In this document: piece after piece, positions 37,441-51,337 of the stretch
Layout of the letters: each line of letters opens with the position of its first letter
Numbering within the stretch: position 1 is the first letter of the stretch
From: Azolla caroliniana
Taxonomy: Eukaryota > Plantae > Polypodiophyta
DNA length: 64,000 nucleotides
NCBI GenBank assembly: GCA_043228905.1
Contig: JBHGNT010000012.1
Location: 6,014,001 to 6,078,000 of the forward strand
Direction: 5' to 3'
The notes under the pieces: model-generated
What the model was told of the DNA's origin: nothing
The model's database searches: none
The model's input: only the letters and a program-made list of their open reading frames with translations
Position numbers and translations under genes: made by a program

Positions 37441-39501
37441 GGGGGAGATAGTGTCATGGCAAGACTCGAACCCATGACTTTATGCTACATGGGTCGAGCT
37501 CTTACCATTAGATTAGGAATTGTATTTGGTAGGATATTATTTTCATTTATACTTTATCATAGAAAATTGATGTATATTCCAGATCTCTCTGGAACATTCT
37601 AGAAGCTTCAAGATTATTCCTAAAAACACTATAAAAGGAGGCACAAGGCATTGTTTTGAACCAAATTGGTTCAACGCCAGTCTTAAGCCTCTTAGCCGCT
37701 TGTACTTATCTTTTCACATAATATATAGCTGCTGTCATCATCTCTCTCATTCTCGCTATCTCTCTCTCTCTCTCTCTCTCCTCTTCTCACTTCCTCTCTC
37801 GGGAATCTTACGCAGTCTCGTCCTCTTAGTACTAATAGTACTGCTGTTCTTAGTACTAATTCCATCTCTGTTTTAGTACTATTCCTGACACCCGACGTCG
37901 TTGTTTCAGCATCTGATAAAGGCCCTCGACGTTGTGTTGACTCTATTTCCATCGGAGTGGGACCATCCCGTGTAACGGGTTTGGGAACTTGTGGCGGTGT
38001 TGCGACTATTGAAGCATATGTCTGTTCCAGTTGGCGGCGTAGCATTTGTTGACGTTCAGAACATCGCTCAAATAGGCGATTATCACATCGCATAGCTCAA
38101 CTAATGGCCTTTGTAAGAGACTTTGGATCTTCTTGGAAAGTAAGAAGAAGATCTTTGACATTGTTACACAAACCCTGACGGAATTGATCCATTAAGGTTG
38201 CCTCATCCCAAGGGATGACACATGCCAAGAGACGGAAATCTGCTACGTAGGCTGAAGCGGGACGATCTCTTTGTCGGAGTCTTCGAATCTTGTTTGTTGT
38301 CATTCTAGTGTTATCGGTGTCTCCAAAACTAGCTTGAAACTCTTTAACGAATGCCTCGAAATTCTCCAAAAATGGTGATTTCTTCTCTAGAAGTGGTGCA
38401 AACCATGCTAATGTTGTACCTCTTAGCAAGGTTCCTATTAATCCCACACGAGCAGCATCAATTGGGTACCGATTGGGATGTAACTGAATCACCAAACGGA
38501 CTTGATTCAGGAAACCTTGAAACAAAGATCGGGTACCATCAAACTTGGCAGGGAGGCTAAGCTTTGGTTCCCTTGGGGAGTTTTGAACCCCTATTGCTTG
38601 TTCTCGTAATGTTAATATAGTAGCCTCGAGTTGATGAACCCGTTGTGATAACTCCTCATATTGATGAGCTTTCTCGGTACTCACTTGTTGTAAATCGCTG
38701 AGTAGCCTATGATTTTCTTGCTCTAATGCTACAAACTTAGTCATGAGCATGTCAAGCTCAGAAAGGACACGCATATACTCTTGCTTGTTGACGGATTCCA
38801 TAACTGAGGGGAAAAAAGAAAGAAGGGAAAAGAAGAAATCTTGCTAGGGTTATTGGAAAAGGAAACAGAAATATGCGGTTCAAACTGTCGAGACTCGTGG
38901 GTAGGAGATAGAGTGAGAGTGAGCGCGATAGCGAAAGAGAGAGGGTGTGTGTGTGTGCGTGAGAGAGAGAGAGTGAGAGTGAGTGAGAGAGATAAGACTT
39001 GAAATAGAAATGAGATTATATTATGATGAAACAAGATTACAATGAGTAGGCTAAGGGCTAAAGATTGGTGTTGAACCAAATGAGTTGAAATGAATGTATG
39101 GACACTTATTTATAGATCCTTATGGAGTATTCTAGAATGTTCTAGAATATTTTAGATTTTTATGATAAGAAATATAATCATGAAATATTAAAGGATGTTC
39201 TAGAATAATCTAGAATGTTCTAGAATATTCTCTTATCTCGTAATAACTAAAAATATAATTATTATAATCACACAACATATATGTTATTACAATGGTTAAG
39301 GGTTCAACACATAAACCAAGAAGTCGTGGGTTCAATTCTTGATAAGCCAAAATGTTGTCTTCATGACAATGAGAACGCCATATTGCGCAAGATTTGTGCC
39401 AATTGATTATGGCATTGGATCTCTTGCAAAATACGGCTAGCCCACTTTCTAGCGTTTGGAGGTTTTCGAAGTCCCCTTGCAGGTAGACCATTGTATCATC
39501 T

Positions 39502-40063
39502 GCAAATTCTATATCCATGATGCTTTGGTGAGAATGAGGTATGAGAAGACCACGTAGTTTGAGATGTCGTGAGTTGAGAAAGCAAGAGAGTGCTTCGGCG
39601 TATAATAGAAATAAGGATGCAAATTCTATATCCATGATGCTTTGGTGAGAATGAGGTACAAGAAGACCACGTAGTTTGAGATGCCACGAGTTGAGAAAGC
39701 AAGAGAGTGCTTCGGCATATAATAGAAATAAGGATGGAGCTAGTGGGCATCCCTGTCGTACAAATTGGGATATTCGGAAAAAAGGGCCCCTTTCACCTGC
39801 CAATGAAACGCAACTGCTATCGTTCCTATAAAGTCCTACAATGCCTTTGATCCATGTCTCTTGAAAGCCGAGTTTCCCCATCACACTTTCTAGAAAGTTC
39901 CACCACGTAGTTTGAGATGTCGTGAGTTGAGAAAGCAAGAGAGTGCTTCAGCGTATAATAGAAATAAGGATGCAAATTCTATATCCATGATGCTTTGGTG
40001 AGAATGAGGTACAAGAAGACCACGTCGTTTGAGATGCCACGAGTTGAGAAAGCAAGAGAGTGC
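39502..40063. repeat. 117-bp tandem duplication plus a ~160-bp re-copy inside the LINE RT
   Basis: Units 39502-39618 and 39619-39735; 39902-40063 copies ~39549-39710. Confidence 0.9.
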
Positions 40064-42159
40064 CACGTCGTTCCATCCTCTCAGTTGAGGTTGTGCATCA
40101 CTGTTCTAGCCTGCCTCGGGCCTTTGGAGCGGAAGAATTCCATTGTGGTTTTGTCCCCTACTCGAATCCATCGCGCCATGCTTCCATGAAACTCCATGTC
40201 ATATATTTCCTTTTCCGCCATGTTGAGTTCATGTTTGACCGTGGCGACTTGTCCTGCGATCCAAATACATGATGGGTATCTCTGTCGGAGTCGGTGTAAG
40301 GCTAATAGTCCCCGTTTTGTCCTCTGTCGCTTCTCTTGAGCATCCTTGCTTCTGGTCTTAACAATCTCATGTAGGAGAGTTGAAGCTCTTGTTAATTTAG
40401 CTAGAAGTTTGTAAGATATTGATGCGTCATTGACGGGTAATGACCATTGGTTGGAGAGTTGTTCCTTCACCTCTATAAATGTGTAAATAGTGTGTGGGAT
40501 GCGAGTTTGGAATGGACCCCATTTTCGGTGCAATTGAAAATGACCAACTACCGGGTAATGGTTAGAGAAAGTCGTGCCTGGAGTTATGCGACACCACCCT
40601 CCCTTCGCTTCTAGAGCCTCGCCCAGATAAATGCGGTCAATTCGAGATAGGGTGGGTCCACTATTCCGCCCATCTAATCAGGAGAATAGGAGAGAATCCC
40701 TTTTTCGTTGGAAGTTGTCAGAATGACAGATGTCTCGCAGATTAAGATGTACACATAGCTTCTCCCATTGTTTACGTTCCCTTCCTTGTAGAACTATGGA
40801 GTTGTGGTTGGAGCTATCGTGAATGGATTCGATCATATTAAAATCCCCTCCAATGCACCACTCTTCCGCACCCGCTACTTGTAGGCAGATGCGGTCCCAG
40901 AATGTTGCCCCTTCTGTTCTGCTATTTGGAGCATAAACATTCATGAAGTTCCAACATTGCCCTTGGATGGCTAATGTGCAAAAATGTGCCCTACCAGGTC
41001 TAAGTGATTCCTAGTGTATTAAGCCTTGGGTTACATGTTCCCGAATCAAAGTGCAAATACCACCATGATTTCCATCCTCCCAAATTGTTGGCTCCCAAAT
41101 CATTCACCATGATCCTGGTAGAAGGTCTCCGACTTCCTTTAACTGCGTGCTATCGAGGTGGTGTTCATGCAACATGATGATGTCAGCAACACACCCTAAT
41201 AAATATTCTTCAAGATCCCTTCTCAATTTCCATCTGTTTTGCTGGTCTCGTCGACTTCTGAGCCCTTGTACATTCCATGTTACAATCTTCATACTCATGG
41301 AATGGGGTGGGAGATTGCTAGTTGTTCCTGGTGCTTTGCACAACAGGTCGTGAGTGGGGAGCACTCACCATTTAGACATCCAGTCATTTCCAGGGATGGA
41401 ATGTTGGTCCAAATCCAAGAGTAGAGTTTGTGGGTTATCCGGTGAGCTTCAATAATCCCTTCCTGCTTCTCATAGAAATAGAAGAAGCTTAGAATTAGAT
41501 GGGTGTCTATGATAATCCGCAGGTGGATGTGGTAGAGATGAGGTTCCTCTTCATCCATGGTGCACCAGAATTCTGTGTTATTCTAATGCTTCTTTAGTTC
41601 GTTCATGAGTGCTTCATCTCTTATTTTTGTGACAAAACAGGTTGCTTGACTGCATAGGGTAACTTTGATCTTGGACTTGGACCATTCCTCTTGTGCCGTC
41701 TTTGTCAAATGTTGATGAGTCATTGACAAGGATTCTCAATATGAGAAGTCATTTCGGTTTAACACCAGTCTTGAGCTTCTTAGTCAAGCTCGTTGTTGTA
41801 ATAATCTTTTTTACAGTTATTTTATTCATATCACCTTGAGAAACTCCCTAGTCTATTTCACATTTAGTGTATCTCCCTTTGTGCACTCTAACTTTGTTTT
41901 TGCATGCTCTAACAATTGGAACAAGAGTATATATATTATATATTATTCTCTACCCTTGTTTACTTCACCCCTTTGTAATTATGGCATTGAAACAAGAAAA
42001 TCAACATTTGCTTAAATATCTACATCAACACTATGAGAGACAAACACGAAGAATTGACACAATGTATACAATAATTGTAGCTCTAATAGCTTTGCACCAA
42101 GGAGTGGGAACACATGGTGTAATGAATGAATTCAATATTGGTCTTCCTAAAAAATCTCA

Positions 42160-43530
42160 ATTATGAGGAATTTTGAAACATTGGTTCTTTACATGAACTC
42201 TTACCAATGATGGTAGGGTAATAGACCTTAATCTTTATTGTGCGACGTGAAGTTTGACGACACCCCTCAGTTAATGATTTACTTTCGTACATTTGGCAAT
42301 TCAAATGCATCCAACCCGAATACCCATCTGATGCTTCTAGACTTGGATTAGTGGGTGGATTATTGAGGGGGACAAGATTAGCATGGTTTGTACCACTACT
42401 TGAAAAAGCATCTCTCAAGTAAATTATTTAGAAAAAGTAAATTGTCATGCCAAGTGAATTGACTATAATCTTTCAAAGGACCCTTAGAAGTTGAACAAAA
42501 AGCATGATCGGGAATGACATGATTCAAGTTATCTCGTGCGAATTCATCTGCATCAAGATCTCTCCTAATTTAATCAATAAGCATAGAATCTGGGGGCACC
42601 TTAGAGGCGTTAGTTGCCATCACTTCTAAATTATTGGAATCAAGGAGGACCTACTTTTGATGGTCAAAAAGCAGGTTCCCCAAACAAGGTACCATGTAGG
42701 AATGCTAGGATAGGGCATTTGCATTTCCTTGGTGTATTTTGGGACGATATATGATCAAGAAATTGAAGCACGTAAGAAATTGACCTACTTTTGGTGGTCA
42801 AAAAGTAGGTTCCCCAAACAAGGTACCATGTAGGAATGCTAGGATAGGGCATTTGCATTTCCTTGGTGTATTTTGGGGTGATATATGATCAAAAAATTGA
42901 AGCACGTAAGAAATTGTGCCCAACGAGCTTGTTGACGATTCAAGAATTGAACATTTTGGAAATATGTTAGGTTGTTGTGATAATTGTAGACAACAATTTG
43001 GTGGAGAGAACCTTCCACGAAATGGTGCCAATACTCAAAAGGTGTATGATAGCCAAAAGCTTGAATCTCATAATTAATTTTTGTTGTTTCAAATTTAGGT
43101 GAATGAAAGCAATTGAATGCAACTACTCGTTGTCTTCAGCTTATGAGAGGTCACTCTTGAGTGCAAATTTTGATGCATCAACTTTTAAAATAAAGAGCTT
43201 GGCTAAGTCAACATGGATCAATATATAGGCGAACATGAATGTACGTTTTAAGCTTTTAAATGCCTCAACTACATCTGAATTCCATACAAATGGGTTGGTC
43301 TATCTTTGTTAATTGTGTGTAGAACCATCGTTGATTAAATCTTGATGAATGTATGTTAAAAATTTGCAAATCCCAAGAAGCATTGGACATCATGCATAAA
43401 TCGTGGTGTCTGTCACTCTAAAATTGTTTGCTCCTTTGTTGGATCCATAGAGATTCCGTCCAAGTTGAGACTACACATATATCGAAGGATTTCTACTTTG
43501 TTGCGATTGAAACTACATTTGTCGAGTTGA
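42160..43530 (-). mobile_element. Old Gypsy pol remnant related to D/E, with a 134-bp tandem duplication (42648-42915)
   Basis: GISMDP, FLGFANF, VDASKFAL and LNRQQARWA-like fragments on the minus strand; a short plus-strand gag-like piece at ~41975-42160. Confidence 0.7.
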
Positions 43531-45834
43531 TTCCTTTCGATGTCTAGAGGCAAAGTAAATATGCATTAGTAGTTGAAGTACTAAGGCTAGGGGATTAATA
43601 CTAATAAGGTAAATAAGGTATCAGACTACAAATAACATTGTACTGATGCAAACACATATTAAGTATATATGGCATGCTAACACCCATTTAATAGTTGAAG
43701 TACTAATGGTACCAAACTAATATCGCTAAGGTGTAGTATTAGCAATAACATAGTTCTAATACAAATGCAAATCAAGTAGTTCTAACATAGTAACATAAAC
43801 CAAATTTACCATGCAATGAAGTAGAAGGATGGTGTTGCTTTAAATTGTGAGGCAATCTAGTTAAACCAAGTACAATGTTAATTAAAACTAGGACCTTGAG
43901 ACAATAACTCTTCATAATGAAGCTTAAAACATTGTTGAGCAAATGGTATAATCATGCTTCGTATCATCTCAAATGTACAAGATTGATTTCTTGTATAGAT
44001 TACCCTCTTCGGTCTAATACAAAACGTATGAATATGGTACATTGGTCATTGTACCAATGCATTGATTGTGGAACTACAGTTGAACCTTAAATATGTAGTT
44101 CTCAACAAAAAAAATGACAAACATAAAGACGTCATTTGGTAACTTATTGTTTATACATTCTTTGAATTCACATATTTGCTAATAACTCCTAAAGTTATAA
44201 ACCAAAGACTAGTAGTTATGGGCAAACTTTACATGTCCTTAAAATATATGCAACTCTATACCATTCACACAATTGTGTTCCGAATAAACACAAGACTCCA
44301 AACTCAAAAATAATGCATAGGTCACATTTCAAACATTACACCCATCCTCCCCATTTGATCTACATACAACACATGCAGAATCACACACATCCCCGTGCAT
44401 TCCCTTCAAATCACACCAAGCATTTAATAAGCCACTTTTAATGTAATACACACAACATGTGTTGCTCACTTTAAACCATGTAACAAAATACGGTTTTAAA
44501 CTATGGAACTTGTGAAATCCAAGCTTAACCTCTCTAAATGTTTCTCTTTGAAGTTCATGAAGCAGTTAGTTTACAAACAGAAATATATTTATAATCAACC
44601 TATAGAATTCAACATTCAATTAAATATATAGAAATCAAATAGAATTTGTTTTTCAAAATGCCTCTCTTATTTCCAATAAGCGACAAGGTTGAACTTTGAC
44701 TTCTCCTAATCTATTTGTTGCCTATATGTACATATCCTTTTTATTTGGTGAAACGTGGGTTGTTTATGTAAAAAGTGGAACTAGTTGCTTATCTAAAAAG
44801 CAATTACTTTCTCAATAATCTCTTTAGACAAAGAGTCACCTTATTTTCTACAACCAAACCCCACACCTTTAAAGTGTTTCGACAACATATTTCTTCGATG
44901 CTTTCTCATATTCTCCTTTGAATTCCAAGTGCAATTGCCACATTTGTATTGCTACATTTCTACTCTTAATCAAATCTATTCTTAACCTCAAGTATGTAAC
45001 GGATTATAGTAAGAACAATACACCGTTAGCTCCTTTTAGATATTGGTCACATAGTTCGGCCAACCAATGCAAAAGACACATCAATCACATTGATGAATAC
45101 CATTTTTTGTTACATTATCTTGACAAGTTGTGGCAACAAATTCAAGGATGAGAATTAAGCTAGTAAGGTTTTGAGTAAGACAATATTCAAGGGGACTTGC
45201 ATAAAGAAATCAACAAAAAACAATTGAATGAGGATAATATGATAGATTGAATACAAATGACAATATAATCATAATACAGATATAACACATTAACATGTTA
45301 CCACATAGGACATAAATTGATCAATCGCAAACTAATTACCAGTATATGCATGTCGATTAGATTAATTGCCAAGCCTAAAATCTATAGAATGGTGTTGAAT
45401 GTTCAATATATGTGACATCCCTAAACCTCAAACATACCAAGTATCATGCTTCCACAATAAACCCTCAACTTATCATTGCTTGAATACATAGATAAAAAGA
45501 AAGCATCTATAAAGAAATATATGTTTGATATACATAGATAAAACTAAAGATGGAATGTTTTATGAGAAGGAAATGTCTAGTGGTTCTAACATAATCTATA
45601 TGTTTATGGTTAGTATTATCTCCCAGTCTATTGTTGGCCTTTTGTGGAAGGCTATTCTAAAATAGGACACACTAAGTAAGCTCAAAGGCCAATTGATCAA
45701 GCTAGTGTTTATTTGGGCAAAACTATTGTGAACCTCTCAGCCTAAGTATATAATGAGTTAATTTAAGACTTGGAGGGATAAGTGTTGTGATGGTGCATGC
45801 CAATTTACTCCACACCAAGGGTTTAGCCCCTAGA

Positions 45835-46043
45835 TATTAATCTAGACCATTGTTATCAAGATTGTGTCCAAATATGTGATCATCCACAAATCAATGGGCC
45901 CTAATTATTAACCTAGACCATTGTTATTAAGATTGTGCCCAAATATGTGATCATCCACAAATTAATGGGCCTTAATTATTAATATGGACCATTGTTATCA
46001 AGATTGTGTCCAAATATGTGATCATCCACAAATTAATGGGCCC
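45835..46043. repeat. 71-bp tandem repeat, 3 copies
   Basis: GACCATTGTTATCAAGATTGTGTCCAAATATGTGATCATCCACAAAT..ATGGGCC at a 71-bp period. Confidence 0.9.
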
Positions 46044-46899
46044 TTTTGACTTCATAAGGTTGTGTATCTTCATAAGAAGAATCCTTGAAATTGGCATAAA
46101 GAGAAAGGTAGATTACATAAGAATAAATCTTAAGAAGATTGTTAGAACATTTTCTTTTTAGTATGCATTTGAATCAAAATATTTGGGGCATAAAACACAC
46201 GAGGACATCTTTAAATCAAATGGTGGTTCATAGCTTCAGTTTCTCGCATGATTCGACCATCAAAATCTACAATGACAATCCAAACATATCGAAATTTTAT
46301 CATCAAACTTTCATCGAGGCCTTCACGTTAAGCATTGAGGGAAAAAGAACCCTTACCTACACATAGGGGGCCAATGCATGGTCAATAGTTTGGATGTCAT
46401 AGTTAACAAGACGTTAGTCTACATATAAATGGGTTATTTTACAAGATATATGTTATATCTACAATATACACCCTGCATCACCTTGGGACTAAAGTCTCTA
46501 TCAAGATCTTATATCATCGCCAAGTTTTTATTATTTTTGTGCATCCCCATAAAAGATAATTCTCGTGCCTTATTGTCAAATTGATTTCACATGCCGCCAT
46601 CATCATTTTCGCATTAAGTGAGAAGTGGTTGAGAGCAAAGACTCATAAACCTTGATGGGGGTTATCCCGTATACCTATACAATTATTTGTAGTATCTGTA
46701 GGGTTTTACCAAAACTATAAATAAAGAGGTCATATGTGAACATCAGTGAAGATGCATTCACCACATGTACATTTTCTTTGTTATGATGTCATGATAGACT
46801 GTTAACTGATGGAGCTATATTTTAATCATGCACATGATACATGCTTAATTCATCCTCATAATTCCCAAGCTTTTAGCAATCAATGATCTATCATGTTGA

Positions 46900-48750
46900 T
46901 GGCAAGCAATCAACCATCCACTCAATGCAAGGGGCTTTTTCACCATCATAATATGAAGCATTAACCCTCACAAGTATCTTTCTCATGTTCAAGCTAATCA
47001 ATTCAAATGCGTAACAATAAAAGTTTGAGTATGTTAGATTTACATTTTTTTACCTTCAACTACCTTCATCTTCAGGAGTATACATTCTGACATTTTAACA
47101 CTACGAGAGGTATTAACACCCTCCATACTAAGGGGCTTATTTTTTCTTTGCATTACCTCTAGGAACTAAAAATGAGTAATAATAAGTGTATGTATTATTC
47201 ATTAAAAAGCTAAACTTACATGGCTTACCGAATCCAAATAACAAAGAAACATCACTTTCATTACTTGCGAGTATGACAAGATTTGAGGTGCGTCCAAAAA
47301 TAACTCAACGTTTTTAAACCCAAGATTATTTAATTATGCCGTATAGTACCCTCTTAAAACATAAAGATAAACATAAAGCATACGAAGAATGATTTCTTTG
47401 TCCCGCACTTCAAATTCCTTTGATATAGTTTGGTCACTTATCTACATCGTCAATCATCTACCATGCACTTTCAAATTTAACCTTTTGCTGACTTATCATG
47501 CTTAACATATTTTCAAGTGTCCATTGTCGATGCGAAGGTCAAGATCATAATGCTATCCATTGCATCTACCAACCCTCCATTGTCTTTACTTTGATTTCTT
47601 GGTCTTTACCATGCATCATGCACATATTTAGATATAATTTGATAGATATCCATAACTTTTTCAACATACTTCTGCTAGTGCCTGTACTTGTCCATTTCTT
47701 CACCAAATGGTTCTTGAATTGTGTTCTTTTTGTACGAGCACTAAGCATGATAGATGCAACCACAATCCTCGTAGATGTAATCAGACTATTATAGTATAAC
47801 GAAATGAGGTTCATGCATACCACAAAATACATACTCGTGTAAGAGGTTTAGCACTAATTGTGAAGGGTAAAAACTAGTACTACTATAAAGCCTCTAGTTC
47901 TTTATCATTAAGTATTGTTGGAGTAAAAGTATGTTAATAGCGTACAAATACTTGCCTATGCCCAAGAGAATGCATGAGTGTGACTAAACACATCTCCATA
48001 GCCATTATGTAGGTTTGAGTATCCTACAGAAACTAGCACATGGCACACCCATGAAGTTGCGAGATTGAGCAATCCAGTACACAACACAAAGAAAACCAAG
48101 GTTCAAGATCCAATATACAAGATTACTCTTTTTCATTATGATTCTTAAGACTACACAGTTAGATGCATGTGACATGGCTAGAGAGTGAAAACTCAATGGT
48201 CCCATCCACTAGATTTGAAAACAAAGAAGTTGCTTCCCTCATATCTAGGGTGAAGCCAATCATATGTTCCACATAATTGCTGGTCTTCGAACCCACTGTG
48301 GAGGGTTTAAATCTACTGACCAATGGAAAATCTTTATAAATGGAAGAAAAATCATTCTTTTAAAAAGAACTCATGGTCTTTTCCCAATTAATATGTGCAT
48401 TGAAAAGAAAAAACTCGAAACTCTATCGGATACAAGAAGTTTTTCCTGAACACTGACAATGTGATGATTTTCCAAACACTATAACTCAGAATATATTAGT
48501 GGCAATCACTAACCTTGATTGACATATTCTTGCTGGTTATTGATGGGCTTTTTATATGAATCATAATCTGCATCAATCATATACTTGGCTTTACTCTTAA
48601 ATATTCAGAAACTCTTTCCAAACACATCGTAAAATTGTTTTGCACCTCCTTCTTCACCACGCCTGGGTTGCATGACTTTGGAACATCAAGCACAATAATA
48701 ACATCCAAAAAATGTTGAATTAAGATTTGGTATGGATAGTGACTTCAAGA
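46900..48750 (-). pseudogene. Possible highly degraded DNA-transposase remnant (hAT-like)
   Basis: Short minus-strand ORFs; HSLAMSHASNCV and ILKPT.W loosely resemble hAT H.L.LA and TRW motifs. Weak. Confidence 0.25.
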
Positions 48751-51157
48751 TGTTGGGTTACGATTAAGAAACCCAAATCCCTAACCCTTTTTTCATACAT
48801 GCTCTACTTAATAATGTATGATTCTAATGTTTTTCCCCACATACCTTGTCTTTAATGTTGCTTGGCATGAGTTTAAACACCACCGTCTATGATAAATACT
48901 AGACCAATGCTCCTTCATTAAAACTCAAATGAAACCTCAATGATTCTATGTAGTAAAGAATGAGGAAATGGTTATCATAGGAAAATGATTGATTGATGTG
49001 AAACATTTTTAGCTATTGACCATAAATAACACAATCCATATCCAATAAATGGTCTTCAATAAACTCCCTACAATTACGAATATGGGCAATTTGAATAAAT
49101 TCTATTTGATTAATGAAATGTGTTTATATTATAATACAGAAAAGAAGGGTGTTCGTGACTGATACAACAGTTTCAAATAGATATCAATCTATATGATAAA
49201 TCGAGTTATACGTATGTTGCAGTTTAATACCATCAGCATCTTTGATGTTATAAGCAATGACAAAGATCAAAGTGGAGCAAACGATACTAAATAATCTATA
49301 TCCAAAATGGAAATTTAATTTACCTTTGACAAGGACCAAAGTGTTGTGAATCAGAAAATCCTTTATTTTATATAGGGAATGTGTAAACTAGAAATCTCAA
49401 GAAATTTCTGAAAGTGTTGCCTTCCGCAAAGTAAGTTTTAGTTCTTCCAACTGAAAAACAACGAGAAAGAGAGATTTGGTTACTGATCTTTGATAAGACT
49501 ATCATAGCTGCGAAAGAATTTGCTTTACCTCTTTGCACATTTGTTCATGACGCATTACTAGTTCATTATACTTCATCTCAAGATCAATCTTCTCTCTCTT
49601 TATCCTCTCAAATTCGGATGCTGTGGGCCCTCCCAAATGATGCTGTATAAACCTGGACAAAACTTATTGTAGGCAATGAAATGATCACAAACAATAGAAT
49701 TGAGTTGAATTCATTCTTTCTTTCCGTGCTAAATGCTCAGAAGTTGCAAATCTCTCAATCAACCAGCAAAACATTGCGCACATAAATAGGGAAATGGGGA
49801 AATTTTGTGCAAGGAGAACTTATGGGAGATTTCTTCAAGTTTAGAAATCTCTATTTCTCATATTTTTAAACAAAAAACTAGGAACCAATAGTAGAGATAT
49901 GCCTAGGAAACTAGGATCAATAGTAGGAATGTGCTTACATATATCAAAGAGACTACAATGGTATTAAACTGCAATGGATATCAATCTATATGATAAATCG
50001 AGTTATACATATGTCTAGGAAACTAGGATCAATCGTACGAATGTGCTTACTAAACACCCACCAGAAACTACAATGAACTAAACAAAGCTCCTAAGAATAT
50101 GTATAGCGAATGTAATCCTTAGTGAATACACACCTAGGATCAAACCCTACACCCTAAATGTAGATGGTTGTTATAAACAACCAAATTTTTTTGTCACACA
50201 CCCTAGGACCGAACCCTACAACCGAAATTCATATGATTCCATTATAAGCAGCCATTTTTTTTGGCATTTGCAAAGTATTAGTCAGCAAATTCTTCGTGAA
50301 CACAGAAGTTCCAGATTTTACAAGAAAGGAGAGCTTACTCTATCGCAGTTGTGGGTTTTTCATTTTCTTCATAGAGGCCCACAAGCACTGCTCAATGAAA
50401 AAACAGCACAAAATATGAGACTAAGAATCTTTGATTGTTTACTTTGAAGGTTTACTACTCAATAATTTGAGAGAATTCACAAATCTTCACAAACCCAAAA
50501 TACTGGTGCTTGCAATATATCACGGAGCAGACAAATCATTAGTATTTTAAGAAACAAAACTCCCTACAATTGGTGATAATTCCATTTTGAATGTAATCTA
50601 AGGTTTTAAAGGGCATTTCTTTTGCACAAAAAAACGGATATAATATAAAGTTCAATGAACTAAAGGTTCTAGAGGCAGAAAAAATATATCTTTAGCCAAT
50701 TACAGAACCCAATTACTACGGTTAATCATGCAAAGAATAAATTTTAAAAAAAACCATGGAACACCTCTAAAAACACCGACATTTTCTTTTGTGAAGAAGA
50801 AGAAGAAGAAGAAGTATATATTATCTAAGGTTAGAGCAATTAGGGTTAGAGATAAGAGGGGAAAGGAGGAGGAAACCTTTGGTAAGAGCATCGAGAACTC
50901 CACTTGATTCCAAATACTTCCTGAAAGCCTCTTTCTTAGACTCGCTTTCCTGAAGAACGCAAGAAAAAACTTATAAGAAGAAGAAATCATAAGATTTAGG
51001 GACGGAAATGATGATCAGATCGAGGTCCGAGAAGAGAGAATGATTTGTAGTAGTAGAGAGAGAGAGAGAATGGAAGAAAAGATCGACGCACCATGGCACC
51101 TGCAGCTGCTGTTGCTTCTGAACAAAAGAACCGAACAGAGAAAGACAGGAGGCAGAT

Positions 51158-51188
<31 letters not shown>

Positions 51189-51337
51189 AAAGGACTGAGG
51201 AGAGCGTTTTGGGTAATTCCAAAATCTACCCTTCCATCCCACAATCAGCAGCTAAACGAAAAAGAAAAAGAAAAAAACTACCCTTCCACTGTAAATATCA
51301 TAAATCACACACTTTCCTCTAACAATCGGCAACAATG

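Larger units (their letters stand above)
32280..37890 (+). mobile_element. Ty3/Gypsy chromovirus E (Tcn1-like), very young, nested in D gag
   Basis: LTRs 32280-32644 and 37452-37890 look identical except a 72-bp deletion and (CT)n length; TSD CCCGA; PPT 37439-37451. Confidence 0.97.
28427..39368 (-). mobile_element. Ty3/Gypsy chromovirus D (Tcn1-like), degenerate, nested in the LINE
   Basis: LTRs 28427-28907 and 38886-39368; TSD ATGAG; PPT 28908-28920; gag from 38801, PR LLDYGA, RT YLDD, RH, IN, chromodomain YEVAAILD...YLVDWLGY. Confidence 0.95.
27302..41560 (-). mobile_element. L1-like LINE ORF2 (APE endonuclease, RT), split by chromovirus D and cut by Copia F
   Basis: MKIVTWNVQGL (~41290), NVYAP, GGDFN, SRIDR, VRQGCPLAP, FADD; frame CAIWRSH|ETHSAWHPHP rejoins across D (39369/28426). 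Right boundary approximate. Confidence 0.9.
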
